Positions 8,406-17,262 of a stretch of DNA of 64,000 nt are shown here, one piece after another. Both the position numbers and the translations under genes were made by a program. The DNA comes from Terracidiphilus sp. (lineage in GTDB: Bacteria > Acidobacteriota > Terriglobia > Terriglobales > Acidobacteriaceae), in assembly GCA_049517315.1 (NCBI GenBank), contig JBEKSE010000002.1, positions 17,202 through 81,201 of the forward strand, read 5' to 3'. The notes below the pieces were generated by a model, which was given only the letters and a program-made list of their open reading frames with translations, ran no database searches and was not told where the DNA came from. Position 1 is the first letter of the stretch; every line of letters starts with the position of its first letter.

Positions 8406-9221
8406 ATGCACTTTCATTTTGATTTTGGCGCACGCCAGGTTCTTTGGACGCTTACATTTGCAGCACAACTGGTCTTGCTAGTGGTTTTGATGGGCCGCGA
8501 CCGCATGCGGCGCTACCCTTGGTTTACCGCGGCTATTGTGTTGTCTGCGATACAGCTGATGGCCGAGGTTCTCCTTGTTGGCCGGATGGCGTTGATTCCT
8601 TTGCAAGAGGTCCTTATTACGCTGGCCGACCTGGCGGTGATTGTGAACCTGCTGGTGCTCGTTGAAGTGGCGCGGCGCGCTTTCGCCGGGGCGCAGCGCT
8701 CCCAGTGGCTTGTGAATACTGCAGGGTTGCTGGTGGTAGCCGGCGGCATATTGGCATTCTGGGGGCCGTGGCCCGCGTGGAAGCAGCTCACCGGGAACCA
8801 CTCCGTGGCGGCATTGAACCTGATGCTGCTGGTGGCAGCGCCCAAAGACTCTCTTCTGCTGATGCGCGGCCTGGACAAGGGCAATCTGCTGCTTGCGCTG
8901 CTCACGGTGGAGCTTGGACTACTGGTTGTGATCTTTGGCCGCTGCTTCAAGGCCGGTTGGCGGGGTCACACGCAGATGATTGCCATTGGGCTCTCGACGG
9001 TGGCCATTGCCTGGCTGGCAGTGCAGGGAGCGGTGCAGTTCATCATCAAAACTGCGCATCCCCAAACCCGGCCGGAGCTTGATCGCATTCTGGGTTTAAT
9101 CACGAAGTTGTGGAATGCCTACAATGTGGTGTACATTGCCGCTCTACTGTGGTGGATTGTTTGGCTGTGGCTCAACGAGCCGGGAGCGCCTGCGGTCGCC
9201 ACAACGGAAGAAAAACCCTAA
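8406..9221 (+). CDS. Multi-pass (about 7 TM) hypothetical membrane protein
   Basis: Alternating hydrophobic helices; ATG 8406 behind AAGGTGGAG. Confidence 0.7.
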   Translation: MHFHFDFGARQVLWTLTFAAQLVLLVVLMGRDRMRRYPWFTAAIVLSAIQLMAEVLLVGRMALIPLQEVLITLADLAVIVNLLVLVEVARRAFAGAQRSQWLVNTAGLLVVAGGILAFWGPWPAWKQLTGNHSVAALNLMLLVAAPKDSLLLMRGLDKGNLLLALLTVELGLLVVIFGRCFKAGWRGHTQMIAIGLSTVAIAWLAVQGAVQFIIKTAHPQTRPELDRILGLITKLWNAYNVVYIAALLWWIVWLWLNEPGAPAVATTEEKP

Positions 9222-9241
9222 AGCATGTTGTTAGTTGTCAG

Positions 9242-9721
9242 CTAGATGTGGCAGCTTGTCTGGCCGCGCTTTTCGAGGTAGCGCTGGTGGTAGTCCTCTG
9301 CACGCCAGAAGGTTTGGGCCGGCTCGACTTTGGTGACAATCCGCTTCGGCTTGAAGCGGCCTTCGGCGGTGAGCTGCTCAATTTTAGCGCGGGCCTGCGC
9401 CTCCTGCTCGGGCGAGTGGAAGAAGATGGCCGAGCGGTACTGCGTTCCCCAGTCCGGACCCTGGCGATTGAGGGTCGTGGGGTCGTGGAGGGCAAAGAAT
9501 GCGTCCAAAAGCTGCTCGAAGCTCAGCTTTTCGGGATCGAACTCGACTTCGACCACCTCGGCGTGGCCGGTCAGGTCGGTACAGACGTCCTTGTAGCTGG
9601 GCCGCTCCAGCGAGCCGCCCTCATAGCCGACGGCCGTCGCCGTGACGCCGGGGATTGCAGCAAACGCTGCTTCTACTCCCCAAAAACAGCCTGCTCCGAA
9701 AGTCGCTTTTTCCTGGCTCAT
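9242..9721 (-). CDS. msrA: Peptide-methionine (S)-S-oxide reductase
   Basis: [30 protein letters not shown]; start at MSQEKATF (9721). Confidence 0.97.
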   Translation of the reverse strand: MSQEKATFGAGCFWGVEAAFAAIPGVTATAVGYEGGSLERPSYKDVCTDLTGHAEVVEVEFDPEKLSFEQLLDAFFALHDPTTLNRQGPDWGTQYRSAIFFHSPEQEAQARAKIEQLTAEGRFKPKRIVTKVEPAQTFWRAEDYHQRYLEKRGQTSCHI

Positions 9722-9840
9722 GATTGTTGAGATGCGCGGCAGCGGTTCTAAGCCACAGTTTTTCTGAGTTCGAAGACCAAGCCCCATTCTAGCGGTAAAC
9801 TGCGGAGACCGTGCTTGAGGCGCGAGCAAAGCGCCACGGT

Positions 9841-10923
9841 TTATGCTCCCAACTTCTTTGCCTGCTCCTCGCCGCCTAATACGCGGAAGACTCCTTCGGC
9901 CAGAGCCTGTAGTTCATCCTCTCCGGGATAAACACGGATGGGCGCAATCCAGTCGAGGCTGCTGCGCAATAGCGATACCACTCTCTCTGAATACGCCATT
10001 CCGCCGGTCAGCAGCACAGCATCCGCCTTGCCCTTGAGCACTGCAGCCATCGCTCCCGCTTCCTTGCAAATCTGGTGGACCATCGCATCAAAGATTCGAG
10101 CGGCTTCCTCGTCACCGGCTTCAATTCGCCGTTCCACTTCGACAAGGTCGCGCGTACCCAAGTAAGCGAAGAGGCCGCCGTCGCCGAATACATGGCGGTC
10201 AAGTTGTTCCTGAGTATATTTGCCGCTGAAACAAAGTTTAACGAGCGCCCGCACCGGCAGCCCTCCGCTACGGTCAACGCCAAACGGACCTTCCTCGATG
10301 GAATTGCTATCGATCATCCGTCCGTCCTGGTGGGCCGAGACGGTAATTCCGCTGCCCAGGTGCGCCACGATCAGTCGCAGCGACGGGTAGGCGCGGCCCT
10401 GCTCACGCGCATACCTCCGCGCCACAGCCTTGGTATTCAGGGCGTGGCCCACCGACGTGCGCTGGACGAGCGGTGATCCTGTTGGACGCGCGCAGGGTTC
10501 CCATTCGTCTACTGTCACCGGGTCAACGATATAGGCGTTCACCCTGGCCGCCTGAGCGAAGCGGAGCGCGAGCAACGCGCCGAGGTTGGATGCATGCTCG
10601 CCGCGGCGAGCCAAGCGAAGCTCGGCCACCATCGCGTCATCGACCAGAAACGTACCGCAGGCGGTTGGCGGCAGGAGCCCGCCCCGGCCGGCAACGGCGG
10701 CGAATCCGTCTGTCGCGTATCCAGCCGCCGCGAGCGCTTGCCCAATCAGCTCCGCACGATAGTCCAACTGCGCCAGCATCGGCTGCCCGCGAAAACCTGC
10801 CAGCTCTTCCTGTCCATGCCGGATCGTGCGCACCAGTTCGGCGCCGTCTCTTGCGTATACTCCAAACTTTGTTGAGGTCGATCCGGGGTTGAGGACGAGC
10901 ACCCGACTGTTTTCGTTGGTCAA
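9841..10923 (-). CDS. buk: Butyrate kinase
   Basis: [43 protein letters not shown]. Confidence 0.95.
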   Translation of the reverse strand: MTNENSRVLVLNPGSTSTKFGVYARDGAELVRTIRHGQEELAGFRGQPMLAQLDYRAELIGQALAAAGYATDGFAAVAGRGGLLPPTACGTFLVDDAMVAELRLARRGEHASNLGALLALRFAQAARVNAYIVDPVTVDEWEPCARPTGSPLVQRTSVGHALNTKAVARRYAREQGRAYPSLRLIVAHLGSGITVSAHQDGRMIDSNSIEEGPFGVDRSGGLPVRALVKLCFSGKYTQEQLDRHVFGDGGLFAYLGTRDLVEVERRIEAGDEEAARIFDAMVHQICKEAGAMAAVLKGKADAVLLTGGMAYSERVVSLLRSSLDWIAPIRVYPGEDELQALAEGVFRVLGGEEQAKKLGA

Positions 10924-11220
10924 GAATCATGCCTCCCAGGCCAAGACGAGTTTACTCTTCACCGGCTTCGCCACGCGTCAGGTCGAAGAACTCGCAGGGC
11001 AATTGAGCGACCCAGAAAGTCGGCGGAGTTAACAAGTCAAGGAGTCGTCGAAAAAGCTCCCGAGGCGATCCTTTGGAGCCTCTTTTTGGGCAAAGAGCGG
11101 GTCTTTCCGGTGATTTTCAGAGGCCAAATCTCATGATGCGGGAGAGTATTGCCTGTGAGACTTTCAGGAAGTGTTGATTTCAAACAGGTTATAAATTACC
11201 CGCAAGCGTTCAAGGGAAAT

Positions 11221-11292
11221 TTATACCCCCTGGGGGTATAGGGGGGTAGGGGGTCAGGTCAGGGGTACGGACCGGGCGGATGTCCGACATAT
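11221..11292. repeat. G-rich dispersed element, copy 1
   Basis: Palindrome TATACCCCC-T-GGGGGTATA and G-tracts, then 31 nt (11262-11292) matching 63269-63299 at 28/31. Confidence 0.65.
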
Positions 11293-11544
11293 TGGACCAG
11301 GGACGGACTGGCCCGCCCGAAAGGCTGGACTGAGCTCAAGGTAGCAGAATACGGGAAATAATCAGCAAGAGCTGTTCCAGATGAAGAATTCGGCAATATA
11401 TAGATGTTTTCGGCGTTTGGTCAAAGGGATGACCAGTATTCCCCTCCTTTATGGAGATGGAAATGTGGCAAAATGGCAGAATCGAAACTGGATGCAACGC
11501 AGAATGAATAATTTACCGATTATTTACCGCCGTTGGACAATCCG

Positions 11545-11553
11545 TGGTACACT
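11545..11553 (+). promoter_or_regulatory. Candidate extended -10 promoter (TGGTACACT) for the cold-shock gene
   Basis: TGn plus TAnnnT; would give a ~100-nt structured 5' UTR, as is typical of csp genes. Confidence 0.45.
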
Positions 11554-11663
11554 CTATTCAATCGTAGAATTCGATCTGAAGTTTTTGCCTGTTTCGGTTA
11601 CCGCCTACTCGCAAACTTCCACATTGCGTTCGCGGTAAATCAGTATCGAAGGAGTAGCACACA

Positions 11664-11864
11664 ATGGAAACAGGTACAGTGAAGTGGTTTAACGACGCCA
11701 AGGGTTTTGGATTTTTGAGCCGCGAAAACGGCGAAGATGTCTTTGTTCATCACACCGCCATCCAGTCGAACGGCTTCCGTTCACTGCAAGAGGGCCAACG
11801 CGTTCAGTTCAACGTGACCAAGGGTCCCAAGGGCTGGCAGGCTGAGAACGTCCAGGTTGTCTAA
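11664..11864 (+). CDS. Cold-shock protein (CspA family)
   Basis: [14 protein letters not shown] (RNP1), DVFVHHTAI (RNP2); 66 aa; GAAGGAG SD. Confidence 0.98.
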   Translation: METGTVKWFNDAKGFGFLSRENGEDVFVHHTAIQSNGFRSLQEGQRVQFNVTKGPKGWQAENVQVV

Positions 11865-11899
11865 GGGTAACCACCCTTCCAACCGGTTCGGAATCAAAG

Positions 11900-11930
11900 A
11901 GAAAGGGACGGCGCCATGCCGTCCCTTTCT
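11900..11930 (+). terminator. Intrinsic terminator after the csp gene
   Basis: Perfect 13-bp stem AGAAAGGGACGGC/GCCGTCCCTTTCT with a 5-nt loop; the stem ends in a U-rich run. Confidence 0.85.
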
Positions 11931-11982
11931 TGCGTTTGGAGTGATTTTTCCGCCCGACCCAGAGCGATAATAATTTGCAATT

Positions 11983-12339
11983 ATGGACGATTTCCCGGAA
12001 TTCATGAAACATCCTGCAAACAGGATCGCTGGGTCAAGCCAGGCGACTCCAGGCGTTGAGGGTTATGTCTTCGACGGCAGAGACGGAAGCCAGATGGCGT
12101 TTTGGACCTGCAGTGAAACTGCGTCATCGGCGGCGCATGTCCACGATTACGACGAATACATGCTCGTTGTGCAGGGTTGCTATACCTTGATCGTCAATGA
12201 TGAGCGGATTCCGGTGAAGGCCGGAGAGGAATATCTTATTCCGCGTGGTGTACAGCATAGCGGCGAAGTTCTTGCCGGGACCAGAACGATCCACGCATTT
12301 GGCGGTCACCGGGCCGACCGGACTCAGGACTCCCTCTGA
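11983..12339 (+). CDS. Cupin domain protein
   Basis: HVHDYDEYMLVVQG and IPRGVQH cupin motifs. Confidence 0.85.
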   Translation: MDDFPEFMKHPANRIAGSSQATPGVEGYVFDGRDGSQMAFWTCSETASSAAHVHDYDEYMLVVQGCYTLIVNDERIPVKAGEEYLIPRGVQHSGEVLAGTRTIHAFGGHRADRTQDSL

Positions 12340-12755
12340 CGCTGCTTTTCTATGCGGCAGGCTTGAGGCTCTTGACGCTCACTTGAGGAACGGCGGGGTG
12401 AAGATTTTCCCTAAGGGTGACGTGGGTGCCTAAATATTGCAGCACATCGTTAATTGAATCTTCAAAACGCGAGCCTGTCTTGTGGGTAGCTTTGACGCCT
12501 TTGGAGACCAATTGGCAAACTTCAAAGCGGTTCATTCCTTGCGCGAGCGCGCGATGTATCTTGTCGGAACGCATGACGTTACTCCGAAAAACAGGTGAGA
12601 GTTGCGTGTGGTGCGGACTCGTCAGGAACGGTAGGATGGCAAGAGCCGAAGAGGCTTTTCCAATTCGAAGGCCGGATCTGATGATTCAAATCTATTCTTA
12701 TTGTACGCTGGAACTGCATTTCCCCCGAGTTTCCCGGCCGAAACTGGAGGAGCGG

Positions 12756-13598
12756 GTGAATCCGATAGCGCGTGAAGTGGACAAGTACTATCAGAAGGGC
12801 ATGGAGTCGGAGCGGCTATCCGGCGTGCTGGGCGAGCTGGAGCGCCTGCGCACACAAGCCATTCTCGCCCGGAATCTTCCTCCGGCGCCGTCGGCAATTC
12901 TCGACGTTGGTGGGGCAGCCGGAGTCTACGCGTTTCCGCTGGCCGGACAAGGCTACCGGGTGCATCTAATCGATCCGGTTGAGCTGCATCTGCAACAAGC
13001 CCGAGATCACGCAGCCAAATCAGGTGTCGCTCTGGAATCGATCACCAGGGGCGACGCTCGCAATCTGGATTTCCCTTCCGCTTGCGCCGACGCTGTTCTT
13101 CTTCTGGGGCCTCTATACCATTTAGCCGAGTATGCGGATCGCCTGCGAGCGCTTCGTGAAGCTCGCCGCGTGCTTGCACCACATGGTGTTCTTTTTGCAG
13201 CCGCAATCAGCCGCTTTGCCTCGTTGATCGACGGACTCTCGTCAGGCTACTTTCGCGATGCGGAGTTTCGCAAGATCGTTGCGACGGATTTGGCCTCCGG
13301 TCTGCACTGCAACCCAACAGACAACCCCGCGTACTTCACCTCCGCGTTTTTTCACCGCCCCGAGGACCTGGCTGCCGAACTTCGCGATGCCGGCTTCACC
13401 GATGTGCAGGTTTCTGCCGTCGAAGGTCCAGTATGGAGCGCGGCCCGCCTTCAGGAGGCATGGTCAGATCCTGTAGAGCGACAGGATCTGATGGAATTTC
13501 TCGCTTTAATCGAGCGGGAACCCTCTGTACTGGGCGCGAGCGCCCATCTTATCGCTATAGGCCGTCTCGCTCCCGCAGGGGATGCCACCCGCCCCTAG
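12756..13598 (+). CDS. Class I SAM-dependent methyltransferase
   Basis: ILDVGGAAGVY, GDARNL, LLLGPLYHL; GTG 12756 behind GGAGGAG (the track start at 12417 is over-extended). Confidence 0.9.
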   Translation: MNPIAREVDKYYQKGMESERLSGVLGELERLRTQAILARNLPPAPSAILDVGGAAGVYAFPLAGQGYRVHLIDPVELHLQQARDHAAKSGVALESITRGDARNLDFPSACADAVLLLGPLYHLAEYADRLRALREARRVLAPHGVLFAAAISRFASLIDGLSSGYFRDAEFRKIVATDLASGLHCNPTDNPAYFTSAFFHRPEDLAAELRDAGFTDVQVSAVEGPVWSAARLQEAWSDPVERQDLMEFLALIEREPSVLGASAHLIAIGRLAPAGDATRP

Positions 13599-13695
13599 CG
13601 CTGCTTTCGCAGGCACACAAACCCTGTTATTCTAGGGGTTGCATCCGCACGATTTGCGGGAAACCCTGAATAGATTGCACCGAAAGAGGTTACTA

Positions 13696-13851
13696 GTGGC
13701 AGATACCACCAAGATTGAAGATGTACAGGAACGGAAGAAGTTGAAGCGTGCCGCCCGCAAGAAGGCCGCTCCCAAGGCGAAGCGGACCGAACCGCGCGGA
13801 TCGAAGAAGAAGAAGGTCAAGAAGCTCGCACGCGGCGTCTCGAAGCGGTAA
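13696..13851 (+). CDS. Small highly basic protein (51 aa)
   Basis: GTG start behind GAAAGAGG; 22 of 51 residues are K/R; all 15 Lys codons are AAG. Confidence 0.75.
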   Translation: MADTTKIEDVQERKKLKRAARKKAAPKAKRTEPRGSKKKKVKKLARGVSKR

Positions 13852-14215
13852 GCGCTTTTCATGCAGAAACAGTGTTCCGGGCTGGCCAGCGAGGTTGCGG
13901 CAGGCCCGGAACCTTGGTTTGCCCTCGTTCAGTCTTATTAGTTTTTCTCCTCTGCCGCCAGCTTCTGGACCCGAGCGGAACAGTGCGGATTTCCATCGGG
14001 AAACCCTCACCCTGTAAACTGCGTCGAAGGCATCCTGAACCGGAAAACTCTCCACCAGAGCGTTTCTCCAATTCATTTGCTCTTGCCAGCCCCGTGCGAG
14101 GTGGCCTTTTCTTGAGGAAAAAGCCACTCCGTTGATGTGCTTTCGGGGTATAGCAATTGGAGAACCGCTGTAACCGGCGGGGCTCTGCCATTCTCAGGTC
14201 CCCGCCGACAGCGGG

Positions 14216-15781
14216 ATGAGGAGAACCTCACTGTTTAGACAGCTAGTTGCCCGCAAGTCCATCGATAAGTTGATCCGCGACTCGCAAGAGCCTGGCCACT
14301 CCCTGAAAAAATCCCTTGGGCCCTGGTCACTGACCGCGCTGGGCATCGGAGCAGTGATCGGGTCCGGCATTTTTACGGTCATAGGCACCGCCATGGCCGG
14401 CCAAAAATTCGATATGCCGAATGTCCGGGATACCCCGCTGCTGCATTACCTCATCCATCACACGGCCATGGCGGGACGGCCCGGCGCCGGACCAGCGCTC
14501 GCGCTTTCGCTCGTGCTGGTGGCCATCGTCTGCGTCTTTACGGGACTGTGTTACGCCGAACTGGCATCCATGATTCCCATCGCCGGCTCTGCTTACACTT
14601 ACACCTACGCCACGTTGGGCGAACTGGTGGCATGGATCATCGGCTGGGATCTGATCCTCGAATACGCCTTCAGCAACATGAGCGTCAGCGTGGGCCTGTC
14701 GGCCCATATCGTCGATCTGCTGGACTGGTTTGGGCTGCATCCACCGGTGCAATGGATATCCCCGGCCTATCTCCCCACCGGCCTCCAGGATTTGGCGGGC
14801 AACGACCTCTACAAGTCCGGCTGGCATTTCGGCTTCAATATTCCAGCCTTTCTTGTCGTCATGCTTCTCACCGTCATCCTGGTGCGCGGCATCCGCGAGT
14901 CGGCCCGCACCAACAACGTCCTGGTTATGATCAAGATCGCCGCGATCCTGGTCTTCATCTGTGCCGGCGCCAGCTTCATCAAGCCCCACTACTGGCACCC
15001 GTTCATGCCCAATGGCTGGACCGGCGTACTGACCGGCGGCTCAATCATCTTTTTCACCTACATCGGCTTCGACTCGGTCTCCACAGCCGCCGAGGAGTGC
15101 AAGAACCCGCAGCGCGATCTACCCTTCGGCATCATGGCCACGCTGGTGGCCTGCACCGTGCTCTACGGCGGAGTGGCGCTGGTGCTCAGCGGCATAGTTC
15201 CCTGGCAATCGGTGATGGGCGACGCGGCGCCGGTGGTCAACGCCATCAAGCGGCTCTCTCTGCTTCCTGGCGGCCACAATCTTATCTGGGTGCGGCTCTT
15301 TGTGCTCATCGGCGCCATGCTGGGCATGATCTCCTCGATTCTCGTCTTCCAGCTTGGCCAGGCGCGCGTCTGGTTCGCCATGTCGCGCGATGGCTTGCTA
15401 CCGACCGTTTTCAGCCACATCCATCCAAAATTCCGGACACCCGCCGTAGCCACGTGGGTGGCCGGTTTTGTGGTTGGCGTTCCCGCAGGATTGCTGGACA
15501 TTGGCACCGTGTCGAATCTCTCAAACATCGGCACACTATTTGCCTTTGTGCTGGTTTCGATCGCCGTGCTCATCCTGCGCTTGCGCGAGCCGGAGCGTCA
15601 TCGCAGCTTCCGCGTGCCGCTGGGTCCGCTCTTTCCTGTTCTGAGCATCATCTTCTGCGTTGTGCTGATGATGGGTTTGGAAGTGATGACCTGGATGGCC
15701 TTTTTCGCGTGGCTTGTCACAGGCCTGTTGATCTACTTTCTCTACAGCCGCCATCGTTCGGAGTTCGCTGGGCTGAAGTAG
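14216..15781 (+). CDS. APC family amino acid permease (cationic amino acid transporter-like)
   Basis: LGIGAVIGSGIF, CYAELAS, GSAYTYTY, GWDLILEY, FTYIGFDSVST; 12-14 TM. Confidence 0.93.
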   Translation: MRRTSLFRQLVARKSIDKLIRDSQEPGHSLKKSLGPWSLTALGIGAVIGSGIFTVIGTAMAGQKFDMPNVRDTPLLHYLIHHTAMAGRPGAGPALALSLVLVAIVCVFTGLCYAELASMIPIAGSAYTYTYATLGELVAWIIGWDLILEYAFSNMSVSVGLSAHIVDLLDWFGLHPPVQWISPAYLPTGLQDLAGNDLYKSGWHFGFNIPAFLVVMLLTVILVRGIRESARTNNVLVMIKIAAILVFICAGASFIKPHYWHPFMPNGWTGVLTGGSIIFFTYIGFDSVSTAAEECKNPQRDLPFGIMATLVACTVLYGGVALVLSGIVPWQSVMGDAAPVVNAIKRLSLLPGGHNLIWVRLFVLIGAMLGMISSILVFQLGQARVWFAMSRDGLLPTVFSHIHPKFRTPAVATWVAGFVVGVPAGLLDIGTVSNLSNIGTLFAFVLVSIAVLILRLREPERHRSFRVPLGPLFPVLSIIFCVVLMMGLEVMTWMAFFAWLVTGLLIYFLYSRHRSEFAGLK

Positions 15782-15787
15782 ACTCTT

Positions 15788-16807
15788 ATGACAATGGAAA
15801 TTGAAGACTTCATCCGCCGCCTGCCCAAGGCCGAGCTGCATCTGCACCTGGAGGGCACGATTCTGCCCTCCACACTGGTCGAGCTGAGCGCGCGCCACGA
15901 CTCGCGCCCACTCACTCTCGCAGAGGCTGAGGTGCTTTATGAGTTTGCAGACTTCTCCGGTTTCATGGAAGCATTCAAGGCCGTTACGCGCCTGCTGATT
16001 GGCCCGGAAGATTACGAGCTGGCTGCCTGGCGCATGATGGAGCACCTGGCTGAGCAGGGCGTGGTTCACGCCGAGGTTTACATTTCGGTGGGGGTCATCT
16101 ACCTCTGGCGCAACCACAATCCCGCCGCCTTCGAGCCGATCTTCACCGGTCTGGAACGGGCACGGGAGCGCGGCAAACGCGAGTTGGGCATCTCGCTCTA
16201 TTGGATTCTTGACGCTGTACGCCACTTCACTGTGCCGGAGGCAGAGCGGGTCTTCCTGAAGGCCGCTGAACTCAAGCCCGCGCACCCTTCGATTATTGGG
16301 ATCGGACTCGGCGGCGACGAGCGGCAGACCGGCTCAGAGGTTTTTCGTGCCCTCTATGCCCAAGCAGCACGTGCAGGCCTCCGGCTGACCAACCACGCCG
16401 GAGAAACTACCGGACCCGAGGCTATCTGGGAAGCTCTCGCCATCGGCTCGGAGCGCATCGGCCACGCGCTTTCCGCTCTTCAGGACGAAAGACTCGTCCA
16501 GGAGTTGAAAGCACGAGAAGTGCCGCTGGAGTTGTGCCCAACCTCGAACGTTCGCACCGGCGTCTGCCCCTCGTTTGCCGCGCATCCGCTACGCTGCCTA
16601 TTTGATCAGGGCCTGCTGGTCACTCTTAACTCCGACGACCCGGCATTCTTCGGCTCCGACCTGGGCAACGAATTTCGGCTGGCGCACGCTGAACAAGGAT
16701 TTACTTGCGACGAACTCCGCCAGCTCGCGCGCAACTCGTTCCGAGCGAGCTTCCTTCCCGCAGAGACGAAGACCGCGTGGCTGGCTCGCGTTGACTCCGT
16801 CGAGTGA
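15788..16807 (+). CDS. add: Adenosine deaminase
   Basis: KAELHLHLEG, HAGE, RIGH, CPTSN, LNSDDP. Confidence 0.93.
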   Translation: MTMEIEDFIRRLPKAELHLHLEGTILPSTLVELSARHDSRPLTLAEAEVLYEFADFSGFMEAFKAVTRLLIGPEDYELAAWRMMEHLAEQGVVHAEVYISVGVIYLWRNHNPAAFEPIFTGLERARERGKRELGISLYWILDAVRHFTVPEAERVFLKAAELKPAHPSIIGIGLGGDERQTGSEVFRALYAQAARAGLRLTNHAGETTGPEAIWEALAIGSERIGHALSALQDERLVQELKAREVPLELCPTSNVRTGVCPSFAAHPLRCLFDQGLLVTLNSDDPAFFGSDLGNEFRLAHAEQGFTCDELRQLARNSFRASFLPAETKTAWLARVDSVE

Positions 16808-16920
16808 GCAAAAGTGTGCGCTGGTCCGGCTACCCCAGATGGCTGAAATAAGGCTGACGGCCATCACATCCAATTCAACCGGAACCGCGATATGATGTTC
16901 TGGTAGGAGAAGGCCAGCTC

Positions 16921-17151
16921 ATGTCCACTCAACCCGAAGCATTGATCGCCGAAGAAGAAACCAAAGAGACAAAAGAGTCAAGCGCTCTGCGCGTGATTGG
17001 CTGGCTCTCGCTGGGAGTGGCAGTAGCCGCAGTCGGTGTCTTTGTGGGCCGCGAGCTCACCAAGCGCTACCAGTTCAACCATCGCACCCCTTACGACTTC
17101 TACTCCGAGGTCGGCAGGCGCCAGAGTGGCGAGTTTGGCCTGGGTATCTAG
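16921..17151 (+). CDS. Small single-TM hypothetical protein
   Basis: AGGAGA SD; one hydrophobic helix; high-GC codon usage. Confidence 0.7.
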   Translation: MSTQPEALIAEEETKETKESSALRVIGWLSLGVAVAAVGVFVGRELTKRYQFNHRTPYDFYSEVGRRQSGEFGLGI

Positions 17152-17262
17152 AGCTGTTACTAGGAATATTGTTGCGAGATGCCGCCTCTGGGCAGCATTT
17201 TACATTTGGGCCGCGTTTTCAACGGACCCCGCACTCACCCCCTGCGTTACTCTTAGAGCCGT

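Noticed and set aside
7660-9221. Prophage or integrative element at tRNA-Arg
   Set aside because: No integrase, no phage structural genes and no duplicated tRNA 3' end (att site) seen downstream; only the lone GH108-like gene.
8406-9221. Seven-TM protein as a microbial rhodopsin
   Set aside because: The last helix has no retinal-binding Lys (DxxxK).
12417-12755. 113-aa N-terminal extension of the methyltransferase in the ORF track
   Set aside because: Non-protein-like composition; a strong SD (GGAGGAG) precedes GTG 12756.
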